From: Eledone cirrhosa
Taxonomy: Eukaryota
DNA length: 64,000 nucleotides
Direction: 5' to 3'
NCBI GenBank assembly: GCA_964016885.1
Contig: OZ024743.1
Coordinates: 287,804,001 to 287,868,000, forward strand
Numbering within the stretch: the first letter of the stretch is position 1; each line of letters starts with the position of its first letter. This document shows positions 28,022-42,919 of the stretch, piece by piece. The translations under genes and the position numbers were made by a program. The notes under the pieces were generated by a model that was given only the letters and a program-made list of their open reading frames with translations, searched no databases and had not been told where the DNA came from.

Positions 28022-28545
28022 GTCGGGTCATTCTTGAGTGCTACTGGTAACATGTAACCCAGTACAACCTGTCACATGGTCGGGTCGTCGGCGACTAAAC
28101 CGGCAACCCCACCAAGTTTACTTGGTGAGGAGGGGGATTTTGGACACCCTGCAGGACAAACAACAAAACCTGACAAAGGGCGGAAGAACTCATAAGAGTT
28201 AACGGCCATCCGAAGTGTGTAAATATGTATATACACATGTACCGTGCGGTTAAACCACTGGGAGTGAAGGACCCCTAGCCTTTGTCAGGGCATCCTTCTA
28301 GGAGAAGGCAACTCAAGAAACTGGGATAACTCCGATATAAAACCTGCGGCTCAGTAATTACCAATGATGTTGATCTTTTCTTCTTTTCGGGTTATAGCTA
28401 CTGTCGCTCAGAAAGTGGGATTGGCTCAGTGCACAGTCTTTCCTCACTTTAAAAAATATCTTCACTCACAGGCATTGCACGATAGAATTATTAATAATGG
28501 TATATCGTGCAATGGCCATATTCGATAACGAGGGGGCAGTCATCA
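28022..28545 (+). mobile_element. Non-coding retroposon relic between (TATG)n tracts, RTE-like 5' UTR motifs
   Basis: Homologous to 42920-43530 (-); contains ctaggagaaggcaactc..ataaaacctgc. Confidence 0.6.
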
Positions 28546-28790
28546 TGTATGTACGTACGTATGTATGTATTATGTATGTATGTGTGTATGCGCACGTGAT
28601 CTCTCCCCCTTCCCCCTCTCTCTCTCCGCATGAGTATAAACGTAAAAAAACAAAACAAAATATATTAGCGCAAACATATATTAAAATATATTACATATTT
28701 TTCCACGCTGCTTCTGTCAGATAAGCGCATATAAGAAACACGAAAGAGATATTTGCTTTAAGTAGATTGGTTTATATACGCTTGAGGCTG

Positions 28791-28837
<47 letters not shown>

Positions 28838-28841
<4 letters not shown>

Positions 28842-29026
28842 AACCAGTAAGACCCCGACAGCTGAGCTCAAGCCGTTTCGACGGCTAATTCCAGAATTAG
28901 CCGTCGAAACGGCTTGAGCTCAGCTGTCGGGGTCTTACTGGTTCCTATTACCCACTCTACTACCTCAAGTATTGAGTACTTTGGTGCGTTATGGTCCACC
29001 TGGTTCCTTACCACATTTCCTTCGTT
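28838..29026 (+). mobile_element. Fold-back element (family F) between (TA)n tracts
   Basis: Perfect ~54-bp inverted arms centred at 28892-28893 plus tail; GAAA-cggct..agctg-TC-ggggtc at 28906-28934. Confidence 0.8.
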
Positions 29027-29224
29027 ATATATATATATATATATATATAAATTGGGAGGCGACCACAGTTATAAAAGGTACTCAATATGTTAGTAGAAAA
29101 TAGGTAATAATAATCAGGAAAGTCCTGATTATTTCTTACGAATGAAAGGTTTCTAGTCTTGTAGAAGAAGACATTTCCATAATAAAATGAATATATATAT
29201 ATATATATATTTATATATACACAC

Positions 29225-29470
29225 AGGGGCTGACCGTCGAAGAAACAATACCACGTGTTCGGTCAGCCCCCTTTATCAAGAAAAGAAATCTTTTTCTGAG
29301 AAATTATTGGATTCTTCCAAATTAAAATTTGTTTTGTGGGGAACTTTCAATGTTTCTATAGGTTTTACCGTCTGAAGAGCTCAAGGAATCATAACTGATA
29401 TTCCTCAGCGAAATATGTATAACGGTGTTTTAAATAAACCTGAATCAACTGAATATAGCCTCCGATCTTT

Positions 29471-29474
<4 letters not shown>
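29225..29474 (+). mobile_element. Hammerhead-bearing insert ending in (CA)n
   Basis: 5' hairpin ggggctgaccg/cggtcagcccc, internal complete hammerhead, tail runs into (CA)n. Confidence 0.7.
29367..29426 (+). ncRNA. Type I hammerhead ribozyme
   Basis: accgt-CTGAAGA-gct..aggaat/attcct..agc-GAAA-tatgta-TA-acggt; all core nucleotides present. Confidence 0.85.
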
Positions 29475-29565
<91 letters not shown>

Positions 29566-29573
29566 TATATATA

Positions 29574-29828
<255 letters not shown>

Positions 29829-30054
29829 AAGCTTGCCAGCAATATACTTTACATTTTGATAACAAAGATTGCTAAGAATCAATTCTGTTCTTTTTGGCTC
29901 AAGAAACTGCAGTAAGGGGAATATTTGTTGAGCCCTCTAGTTTTAGGTTACCTAACGAATACTCTACCCCTGGGGTAAGATGCCTGTAAAGTTTTTTTTT
30001 TAGTTTTTTTTTTACTTTAGACTACTTTACTGGGATCTACTCGTTGGTTTAGGG

Positions 30055-30343
30055 CAGTCATGGGCAAACTGCGGCCCGCGAAGCTTTCTGAATTTCTCGC
30101 CTAAGTCACCTGAGTGAAATCTTTCTGATTTCTTTTCCCTAACTTTTCAGTCGTAATTTATCTTTCTATCATTTTTAGGATCGAGGAAAACAACGTGTCC
30201 GAATTCTGAAGAAAGAAATCAAAACAACCTGAGTTACCGCCCTTTTTTTAATGTGGGCACGAATGTAAATTACCGCCTGCGGCCCGCCTGATGATGATCC
30301 ATATTGCATGCGGCTCGCTTCTTGAAAAAGTTGCCCATGCCTG
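30055..30343. mobile_element. hAT (Charlie-like) MITE
   Basis: TIR cagtcatgggcaa / ttgcccatgcctg; gcggcccgc motifs; TSD gtttaggg/gtttagtg. Confidence 0.85.
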
Positions 30344-30397
30344 GTTTAGTGTTTAGTTTGTATTTTTATTTAATATATTTCTCTCTCTCACCATCTC

Positions 30398-30534
<137 letters not shown>

Positions 30535-31745
30535 CTTATATAAACACACACACACACACACACATATATATATTTATATATATGCACCTCCTTCATTAAA
30601 TGGATTTGTTTATCACCCAAAACGCTTCCCTCTCCAATATGAGCAATGCCATTCACCAAACCATTATTTATAAATTATCGTATTGACAGCCAAGCTTCCC
30701 GTAAATAACAGATTCCCTAAAAATATATCTAGAACCACTCAGCCACCTCTTAACGAGTCCCAAGTATAGCATTTTGATATGTTTAAGCGCTTGTTATCTT
30801 TAGTTCCTCTAAATGATGATTGTCTTAGTTTTATTATAACTATCACTGCATCTGTCTTGTATTTTGAGTTTGTTTTACCCGGGGTGGTCCTTTCGTTTGC
30901 TTATCCCCCACCACATAAGACACAATGCAGTATACCAAAAGTGCCACCCTGCAAACATGTGATATCTGTGGTGGACCACCTCCTTAATACTTCTACTCTT
31001 ATCATTTACAACTCATATACCATTATATCTTGTTTTCGGTTTTGCATTTTCTAAAGTGTTTGTATTTATTTATGTGTCTTAGTAGTTAGGGTACTGGGCT
31101 ATCGATCGTACTGTCATGAGCTCGATTCATTGACTGAGCGTTGCGTTGTATTCTTGAGCAAGACACTATATTTCTCGTTCCTCTAGCCCACTCAGCTGGA
31201 ACAAACGATTTTAGACAACACTAGTGGACGATATCTGTGTCGTGAGACAGGGAGACGTGCATGCATGAACAACTGCTGGTATAAAATCAATGGTCAGTCA
31301 TTACCGAAGGGATGCTATCCTGTATTAGTTTCTAGAACTGTTTTACTTATAAGTACGGCTGTATGTTCGACCCACATTAGGGACGATGCAGAAACAAGAC
31401 GACATACATAGGAGAGACAGCCCGTAGTATAGGAGTGAGATTAAAAGAACACTCGCGAGAACTTAAGTAGGAGTAAAGCTCATCTGTGCTATACTAATTT
31501 ACCAAACTAGAATACGAGGGCTCAGTAAATAACATAGAAATAAAGATCATATCCACATTTAGAACCGAGGTAACACGCAGTCAAATTACGGAGGCCAGGC
31601 ACATAGAAGTTAGACCTAACCTGAACTGAAAACACGAGTGGAATAGTAACAGCTCACAACTTAATGACTGAAGGCAGAACAGAAAAAAATAGACACGAAA
31701 GCAAAAGAGCAAATGATACAAACCACCACACACGTAGACATAACA

Positions 31746-31831
<86 letters not shown>

Positions 31832-32141
31832 CATGCGAAGACACGAAACAGAAAAAAAACGTACCTCAAAACAACGACAAAACGGAGTTTAAGATCAGGG
31901 AAAAAAGGAAGCACAAAACAAATAATCATTGAGATCATCTAATGTGTGACGAAAGAACTCTGATAAAAAAAATGAATAACGAACAATAAAGATAAAGTGA
32001 AAATTATATGGTGCGTGTGTTTCTTTGTATTGGCAATATAATAATATCTGTTTCAACACACGATTTCACATCAAGAATCGCGCGCGCACACACACACACA
32101 CGTATCTTTATATATATACAAATGTGTGTGTATATATACAT

Positions 32142-32210
<69 letters not shown>

Positions 32211-32221
32211 TATATATATAT

Positions 32222-32408
32222 GAAGTCTTTCCGTAGGAAAAGTAAAGGCAAGAGAGTGCTCTATGTAGGCTACAGAGCTTTTTAGTTATGTAATAAACAA
32301 CATAAGATAATTATTTCATTTACAAAAGGTTTCACGAAGACAGACGAGCCTGACACAGACGTCCGACTTCGGTCGTCAGAATGAAATGTTGGGAAACCTA
32401 GCATTTCG

Positions 32409-32410
<2 letters not shown>
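32222..32410 (-). mobile_element. Hammerhead-bearing insert between (TA)n tracts
   Basis: 190-bp unique sequence with a complete ribozyme and a small hairpin at its 5' boundary. Confidence 0.7.
32313..32387 (-). ncRNA. Type I hammerhead ribozyme
   Basis: Reverse complement atttcatt-CTGACGA-ccgaag..cttcgt-GAAA-ccttttg-TA-aatgaaat. Confidence 0.8.
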
Positions 32411-32440
<30 letters not shown>

Positions 32441-32443
<3 letters not shown>

Positions 32444-32872
32444 CTGAGTTTTTCGAATATTAATAATAACATTCTATTCGTTTGCAATTATACAAACAAG
32501 CCTCATTTTTATAGCCATGTCAGTAGAATGAATCCTTCAGTCTTGCTCTTGTGTTGGCATGCAAACAGACCTGCAGACACTAACGTTTCTGGGTATCACC
32601 CTTCATCAGTACAGCTCACTGTTCACCTGCCAAACTGTCAGAGCTAGTGAAAATATATGCTATTTTCAAAAATATACAGTGACTAATCGGCTTGATTTGC
32701 ATATTAGCAGACTGGCTGATCAGTCAGATTTACATATTAGCAGAGCCACTGATCAGCCAGATTTGCATATTACCAGACTGGCCAGTCAGGAAACTGACAG
32801 AAACTCTACTGACATGGTTATAAAAATGAGGCTTGTTTGTATAATTGCAAACGAATCGAATGTCATTATTAA
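32441..32872 (-). mobile_element. Fold-back element (family E) with hammerhead-like core
   Basis: Inverted arms 32460-32527 / 32805-32872; minus strand CTGATGA-agggtgataccca-GAAACGTT near 32582-32609; second tail copy at 33619-33735. Confidence 0.65.
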
Positions 32873-33468
32873 GGTGAATTGGCGGTGAATTGGCAGTATC
32901 GGTAGAGGGTCGGACGCCATGCTTTGACGCATAGAGTTACGGCCCTTGCCATTCTGAGTTCAAATCCCGCCGAGGTTAACTTTGCCTTTCATCCTTACGG
33001 GGTCGATAAAATAAAGTACCAGTAATACACTGGGAAATTGCTGGCCTTGTGCCAAAAGTAGAAACAATTATTAAGGTGAATTGGCAGTATAGGTAGAGGG
33101 TCGGACGCCATGTTTTGACGCATAGAGTTACGGCCTTTGCAATTCTGAGTTCAAATCCCGCCGAGGTTAACGTTGCCTTTCATCCTTACGGGGTCGATAA
33201 AATAAAGTACCAGTAATGCACTGGGTAATTGCTGGCCTTGTGCCAAAAAGTAGAAACAATTATTAAACAGTTCTATGGGCGGTGAATTGGCAGTATCGGT
33301 AGAGGGTCGGACACCATGCTTTGACGCATAGAGTTACGGCCCTTGCCATTCTGAGTTCAAATCCCGTCGAGGTTAACTTTGCCTTTAATCCTAACGGGGA
33401 TCGATAAAATAAAGTATCAGTAATACACTGGGATAATTGCTGGCCTTGTGCCTATTGTAGAAACAATT
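32871..33468 (+). mobile_element. Head-to-tail array of 3 SINE (family 1) copies
   Basis: Three ~195-bp units starting ggtgaattggcagtatcggtagag. Confidence 0.92.
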
Positions 33469-33561
33469 GTAGAAGCCATTTCTATATTAAATATTTATAC
33501 TCTGCTATGTATTGAGTACCTTACTTACTGTGGTTATCCCCGATTGAACCCGGGATACACA

Positions 33562-33612
<51 letters not shown>

Positions 33613-33993
33613 CTATGTAAATCTGAGCTTTTCGAATATTGATAATAATATTCGATTCGCTTGCAATTATGCAAACAGCCTCTTTAAGCATGTCAGTAGA
33701 ATGACCCCATCATTCTTGCTCCTGTGGTGGCAATGTTTACATATATGTGTATGATTTTGTGCACTTGTGCGCGCGTTTTTGTGTGTGTGTATGTGTTGGA
33801 GTTTCTATACTCTATACTGACACAAACACATTGAAACATCGTGCTGAAAGGAACGAAAGGAAAATTCAAAAGAACAAGAACTGAATATAATTAAAATACC
33901 AACACCAACACCACCAGCTCCACCTACAACAGCAGTTACAATCTCAACACAACAACCTCCAACAGTAACAGTAGTACCGGCACTACAACAACA

Positions 33994-34039
<46 letters not shown>

Positions 34040-34102
34040 GTACTACTACTACTACTAGTACTACTACTACTACTGCCGCTACTACTACTACCGCTGCTGC
34101 TG

Positions 34103-34169
<67 letters not shown>

Positions 34170-34902
34170 GTCACCACCAACAACAACGCCATCAACGCTA
34201 ATATTTCCTTCACCATCGCTATCTCCATCAACACCATCGCTATCACCACCATAACTACCAAAAACAACTACATCATCACAACCACTGCTACCAAGATCAC
34301 CACCACCACCACCAGTACTACCATCACCACCACCACCACCACCGCCTCCAAAACCATCATAACCAAAAATAACTACATCACTAAAACCACCACGCCCCCA
34401 CGACCATCACCACCAAAACTAGATCACCACCACCTCAAAAAGCAACTATATCACCACCACCACCACCAAAACCAACTACATCACCACACCACCACCACCA
34501 TCATCACCACCACCAAAAACAACTACATCACCACAAAACCACCACCACCATCATCATCACCAAAAGCAATTACATCACCACACCACCACCACCACCACCA
34601 AAAGCAACTACATCACCACACCACCACCATCAACACCACCACCAAAAACAACTGCATCACATAAAACCACCACCACCACCACCACCACCATCATCATCAA
34701 CACCACCACCACCATCACCATCAACACCACCACCACCACCACCATCACCATCATCACCACCACCACCACCACCACCATCACCACCACCATCATCATCACT
34801 ACCTTCGTCCTCACCAGAACCGTCATCACCAAAAAATAAAAGAATAACAACAACAAACAACAAAAATGACAATAGAAATAACAAAAATTCAATAACAACA
34901 AA

Positions 34903-36858
34903 TAGAAACATAACAACAGAAATATAACAACAGAAACATAACAACAGAAATATAACAACAGAAACATAACAACAGAAACATAACAACAGAAACATAACAA
35001 CAGAAATATAACAACAGAAACATAACAACAGAAATAGAAATATAACAACAGAAATATAACAACAGAAATATACCAACAGAAATATAACAACAGAAACATA
35101 ACAACAGAAATATAACAACAGAAACATAACAACAGAAACATAACAACAGAAACATAACAACAGAAATATAACAACAGAAACATAACAACAGAAATAGAAA
35201 TATAACAACAGAAATATAACAACAGAAATATAACAACAGAAATATAACAACACAAATATAACAACAGAATTATAACAACAGAAATATAACAACAGAAACA
35301 TAACAACAGAAATATAACAACAGAAATATAACAACAGAAACATAACAACAGAAACATAACAACAGAAACATAACAACAGAAATATAACAACAGAAACATA
35401 ACAACAGAAATAGAAATATAACAACAGAAATATAACAACAGAAATATAACAACAGAAATATAACAACAGAAACATAACAACAGAAATATAACAACAGAAA
35501 CATAACAACAGAAACATAACAACAGAAACATAACAACAGAAATATAACAACAGAAACATAACAACAGAAATAGAAATATAACAACAGAAATATAACAACA
35601 GAAACATAACAACAGAAATATAACAACAGAAATATAACAATAGAAATATAACAACAGAAATATAACAACAGAAATATAACAACAGAAATATAACAACAGA
35701 AACATAACAACAGAAACATAACAACAGAAACATAACAACAGAAATATAACAACAGAAATATAACAACAGAAATATAACAACAGAAATATAACAACAGAAA
35801 TATAACAACAGAAACATAACAACAGAAACATAACAACAGAAATATAACAACAGAAATATAACAACAGAAATATAACAACAGAAACATAACAACAGAAATA
35901 TAACAACAGAAACATAACAACAGAAATATAACAACAGAAATATAACAACAGAAATATAACAACAGAAATATAACAACAGAAATATAACAACAGAAATATA
36001 ACAACAGAAATATAACAACAGAAACATAACAACAGAAATATAACAACAGAAATATAACAATAGAAATATAACAACAGAAATATAACAACAGAAATATAAC
36101 AACAGAAATATAACAACAGAAACATAACAACAGAAACATAACAACAGAAACATAACAACAGAAATATAACAACAGAAATATAACAACAGAAATATAACAA
36201 CAGAAATATAACAACAGAAATATAACAACAGAAATATAACAACAGAAACATAACAACAGAAACATAACAACAGAAATATAACAACAGAAATATAACAACA
36301 GAAATATAACAACAGAAACATAACAACAGAAATATAACAACAGAAACATAACAACAGAAATATAACAACAGAAATATAAAACAGAAATATAACAACAGAA
36401 ATATAACAACAGAAATATAACAACAGAAATATAACAACAGAAACATAACAACAGAAATATAACAACAGAAACATAACAACAGAAATATAACAACAGAAAT
36501 ATAACAACAGAAATATAACAACAGAAATATAACAACAGAAATATAAAACAGAAATATAACAACAGAAACATAACAACAGAAATATAACAACAGAAATATA
36601 ACAACAGAAATATAACAACAGAAACATAACAACAGAAATATAACAACAGAAATATAACAACAGAAATATAACAACAGAAATATAACAACAGAAACATAAC
36701 AACAGAAATATAACAACAGAAACATAACAACAGAAATATAACAACAGAAACATAACAACAGAAATATAACAACAGAAATATAACAACAGAAATATAACAA
36801 CAGAAATATAACAACAGAAACATAACAACAGAAATATAACAACAGAAATATAACAACA
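34903..36858. repeat. 14-bp minisatellite (ataacaacagaaaY), ~140 copies
   Basis: Directly visible; flanked by (CAC)n and (CAA)n; explains the 560-800 aa periodic ORFs. Confidence 0.97.
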
Positions 36859-37620
36859 TACAACAACAACAAGAACAACAACAAGAACAACAACAAGAAC
36901 AACAACAACAACAAAATGCAACAACAACAACGTACAACAACAACAACAACAACAACGTACAGCAACAACAATAATAAAATATAAAATCAACAACAACAAT
37001 AACGACAACAACAACAACAATAACGACAACAACAACAACAACAATAACGACAACAACAATAACGATGACAACAACGACAACAGCTACAACAACAACAACA
37101 ACAACAATAACGACAACAGCTACAACAACAACAACAACAATAATAACAACAACGACAATAACAACAACAGCAGCAACAACAATAATAACATAAAATCAAC
37201 AGTAAACACATATATAAAAACAACAGTAAGAAAACCATAAAATTAAGACGCTCCGTAGACATGCTTAACTTATATAAAAATTCTAGAATGAAATAAATTC
37301 TGAAACTAAATCTGGAAGTAGTGGTCTCCTCTTTGTAGGCATATATTAATTGTTTCTTGTGTGAAATTGATCCAAGTTGTGTTAAAGCTATCAATCAGTC
37401 ACCAGATGGCGACTGAGTATATATATATATATGGTATGTGTATACATACATACATTCATACATACATACATACATACAGATGGCGACTAAGCATACATAC
37501 AAACATATATGTATGTACATACATACGTATGTACATACATATATAAATAAATACATGTATATATTCATATATACATGCATACGAAATACACATATATATA
37601 TACATACGCAATTATCTACA

Positions 37621-37694
<74 letters not shown>

Positions 37695-37917
37695 GACGTA
37701 TATATATGTATATATATATATATATATGTACATATATATGTATATATATATATATATGTACATATATATGTATATATATATAGATGTATATATATATATA
37801 TGTATATATAAAAATGTATATATGTATATAAGTATAGATGTATAGATGTATATATATATATATTTATATATATATATATATATATGTATATATAAAATGT
37901 ATATATGTATATAAGTA

Positions 37918-37969
<52 letters not shown>

Positions 37970-37978
37970 GTATATATT

Positions 37979-38068
<90 letters not shown>

Positions 38069-38094
38069 TACATATATATACATATATATATACA

Positions 38095-38134
<40 letters not shown>

Positions 38135-38159
38135 TATATATATATATATATATATATAC

Positions 38160-38192
<33 letters not shown>

Positions 38193-38363
38193 CATATATA
38201 TACATCTATATATACATATATATATATAGAGATGCTTATAGATGTATATATATTTATATTATATATATATATATGTGTATATATATATATATGTGTATAT
38301 ATATATATATATATATGTGTATATATATATATATTGATGATATATATTTATATTAAATGTATG

Positions 38364-38416
<53 letters not shown>

Positions 38417-38903
38417 TCATGCGTACAGACCTACCTACCTACCTACCTACCTACCTACCTACCTACCTACCTACCTACCTACCTACCTACCTACATACCT
38501 ACCTACCTACCTACATACATACATACATACATACACACATACCTACCTACCTACCTACCCACCCACCTACCTACCTACATACATACCTACATACATACAT
38601 AGTTTGACTTCAGTAATAATCGTTTCAGCCAGACTATCCATTATATATCTAACTACATATCATCCACACTTGGCAGATTTCACTTCTCCCTTCATCTTGT
38701 TTTTCTTGTCTATTTTTCCCCCTTTTTTATTTCATTATTTTATTTCATTCGCTTTTGCTTTTGTATCTTATTTATTCTTGTCTTTCTACGATTATTTCTT
38801 TCCTTGACACTCATGTTGACCCCGAGTCAACCGGAGGGAAAGTGTCCCACAGTATATTAGTGTGCCTTTTGACAGTGCGAATATGTCAGTGGGATGAATA
38901 CAT

Positions 38904-38995
<92 letters not shown>

Positions 38996-39030
38996 ACATG
39001 TATATGTATATATATATATATGTGTATATA

Positions 39031-39107
<77 letters not shown>

Positions 39108-39685
39108 ATATATATATACCTCAGCTGACTGACACATGCACACCGTCACACGTACACTAATATATTAAGAGCGAATGGGTATATAAGCCGATCAAATACG
39201 AATATCTTTGTGGATGTTCGGATGATACACCTGCCTTCTTTCTGAAGAGGGGCAAACTAGGCTAAAAAATCGATTAAAAGTGTTTGTAATTTTAAAAACT
39301 TACTTGGAAATCCATATTTTCTTGCATGTTTACTTGCCATATCAAATATGTGTATATATAGACTTTCGAGCAGTTGAATGACTCTATGTATATAGATATA
39401 ACTTTATCGTACACGTCGACTGCTAACATAACCGCTATTTACACTGCACGACACTAAGTTTTTAGAAAACACTACTTGAGGTGATATTAGTTAATTTTAG
39501 AGTTCTGCTTATGAATATGAAATCTATTTTGCTCCATCACGTCTACATTTTGATCTATAAGATATCCCACCTATACTACATTTACAGAAAAAGTGTCTAA
39601 TCTTGTGAACATTGTATGTTATTTATTGATGTACTAAACTACCATTTATCACTGTTAAAGTAACAATATATACTTAGAAAAAAAA

Positions 39686-41060
39686 TTAGCACAAAAAAGT
39701 TACAGTATTAATTTCACTGCTAAGATCAGTAGCATGGAGTTTAAGAAGAGCGAAGCCAGCAATGCGGGGATCAGCACGCTCTTGGTACCTTGTTTCAACA
39801 ATAGTAATCACTTGATGAAATCTTTCACCATGCTCATCACTGATCCTACCCAAGTCCAAAGGAAAGAAATCCAAGTGATTCTTTAAAAAGTGAATTTTCA
39901 AGGACACCCCGTGCATTGAAGGAATCCAAAAGGTCAGCTATGATTGCCTTGTAATTCAGGCTTCAGTTCTTTTCTGGAAAGTTTCCAACTGTCTTTAACA
40001 CATCATATGTTTATCGTTCAACTTCATTCAATGAATCTCTGAACATCTGATTCTTCATCAATTAGTGAGTGTCAGTTCCAACGAACACGCCTTCTTTAAT
40101 TTTTGCTTCACTTAAACAAGGAAAGATGTCTTTCAGCACCTTGATTGGTTTCCATACAGGATCCAGTGACTTCACAAAAGGTTTCAACATTCCAAGTTTA
40201 ATATGATACATATTGAATGTATTTATTCCCAGGTCTCCATTCATGACATGTTGGCCAATCCTGCCAACTGTAGTGCTCATTTCAAGACCAGCTATCCCAC
40301 AGGCACAGGAAGCAATAAACCTCATATAACCCTTTTGTAGTGAAGTTAAAAAACCGTCTTTCACATCTAGAATAAGGAGCAGATATTGCAATAGCCTGGG
40401 GTTCAAAGGCCCTCTACTCAACAAGCTGCCAAGAAATTTGAGAGATCTGCATGGTGTGGACGTGGATGTTTTCAAGAAACATCTTGACACTCTGCTATCC
40501 AGGATCCTGGATGAGCCCACAGCACGGTACGAAGGTAACCTAAGGACAGCAGCAACGAACTCCCTCTTACACCAATTGCCAGCCAACACAGGCTGGAGAT
40601 AGCACGTGTAGCAACAAGGGCGGTGCCTCAGCATGACCTCAGCCCGATGGCTAGAAGAGGTAAGAGAGTAAAAGAGATCTTCAGGTCACCTCCAGCCTTC
40701 CACTTGAAATCATATCTGATCAAGGAAAGTAACATCTTGATAGTGTCGTATGACTTTTGCCTCCCTCAAATAACACTAGTGGAATATCTGGATACTTATT
40801 CCCAACATGCAAAAGGACTATCTTTCAGCTGGAAACATTGCCATCATTGAATAACCACCAATCTGTTTCGACATCCGAGGAAATTCCCTGTGCCATCATC
40901 AATCCAGTAATGTTCTTGTAATAAACCAAACCCAGTTCATTTTATATGACGAAAAAGTCAACAAATGTCTTCTCTCGGTGCTGTTCGCTGTCATTTTGGG
41001 TCGTTCAGCTAAGACACCAAATTCTAATTTACTCGATTCCCGTCCACAGAGTATGTTGCT
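39686..41060 (-). pseudogene. Degraded Chapaev-type transposase
   Basis: HIKLGMLKPFVKSL..LSEAKIKEGVFVG; SLKIHFLKNHLDFFP.DLGRISDEHGERFHQ..RYQ. Confidence 0.8.
40350..40670 (+). mobile_element. LINE (CR1/L2 group) 3' fragment nested in the Chapaev relic
   Basis: Translates as RSRYCNSLGFKGP..NKLPRNLRDLHGVDVDVFKKHLDTLLSRILDEPT..RTAATNSL. Confidence 0.7.
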
Positions 41061-41703
41061 AGCCATGTGCCAACATTAGAAACTCTTTATTGAATGTAAC
41101 CTTTGGTATGTTTTAGCTGTTTGTCTTTGAATTTTGTTCCGATCTTAATCAAAACTGAATTAAATGTTGCCACATGAATACATTCCGAATATCAGAATAT
41201 TGAATGAACTAATTCCAATAAACTGACGCGCGCTGACGATTGAGCTATGATAGATATTGACACTCACGTACTCACTCACACACACACATACATATATATA
41301 CATACATAAAAACACACACTTACATATATATATATATACATATATATAAATACAGACACACACACACACACTCACACATATATATACATACATAAAAACA
41401 CACACTTACATATATATATATACATATATATAAATACAGACACACACACACACACTCACACATATATATACATACATAAAAACACACACATACATATATA
41501 TATATATACATATATATAAATACAGACACACACACACACACTCACACATATATATACATACATAAAAACACACACATACATATATATATATATACATATA
41601 CATAAATACACACACACACACACAGACACACACACTCACACACACATACACATACATATATATACATACATAAAAACACACACATACATATATCTATATA
41701 TCT

Positions 41704-41744
<41 letters not shown>

Positions 41745-41966
41745 AAGGAACGATCGACTTTCGTCAAATCGGACCGAGGGAACAATGTTTCCGTTGGTCT
41801 TTCCAATTGCTAATACTATCTATCGGTCGCAACTCCAGGTAGAAGGAGCAACGTGAAATAAAGTGTCTTGCTCAAGGACATAACGCATCGCCTGGTTCAG
41901 GAATCGAACTCACAACCTTACGATTGCGAATCAAAAATTCTCTAACCACTCAGCCACACGCCTTCA
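41745..41966 (-). mobile_element. tRNA-derived SINE (family 2)
   Basis: aagtgtcttgctcaaggaca..ggaatcgaactc..ctaaccactcagccac; relatives at ~31090, 44680, 45045, 49200 and 59627. Confidence 0.8.
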
Positions 41967-41991
41967 TATATATATATATATATACATAAAT

Positions 41992-42038
<47 letters not shown>

Positions 42039-42367
42039 AACACACAAATATATTGGCTAATTGGCAAAGTCAGAAGACCCTCGTATTAAATGTCTCACTA
42101 TTTTTCTGGCTGTCTGCCCTCTGTGATCAAATGCTGCCGTCAATATCGATACATAAAGTACCAGTGTAGCCAGCATAAGTGTGAGGTATTGGCGGGATGA
42201 TTAAAGAGTCAGATAGGATGCATCGTGGTTACAGATCTAGCTCTGTATGTTCTGAGTTGTAACTGACAGAACGTATCAGCAATGGAAAGACTAATAGAAG
42301 CATTGTTTCCTTGGTCTGATATGCCGATCGGCTTTATTTTCGTCACACACACACACAAACACACACA

Positions 42368-42453
<86 letters not shown>

Positions 42454-42919
42454 ATATGCGTACAAACACACACACGCACACACACACACATGCGTGCACA
42501 CACACACATGCGTGCACACACACACACATGCGTGCACACACACACACATGTGTGCACACACACACTCACACGTACACACACACACACACACATACACACA
42601 CACTCACGCATATACATACCCACATACACCCATACGCACACTCACGCATATACATATATAAATGAAGGAATGTAGCAGATCTTCAGATGGTCAGATCGGA
42701 CTAAGGAAAACATGTTTCTATTGGTCATTCATTGTTGCTACTATCTGCTGGTCGCATATCAGAATTTGAAGTCAGAGCATAGTAAGCCAGAACTCTTTCT
42801 GCGGCACTTAATCCCATGCTCTATTAATATATGTTTGTACATACATACATACATACATACATACATACATACATACATACATACATACATACATACATAC
42901 ATACATACATACATGCATA

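Noticed and set aside
34608-37080. 787, 807 and 561 aa hydrophobic ORFs
   Set aside because: 14-aa periodicity equals three units of the 14-bp satellite; open in all three frames
39236-39280. Possible hammerhead (cttt-CTGAAGA..aaaa-atcgat-TA-aaag)
   Set aside because: GAAA box and helix II are not intact; too weak to call
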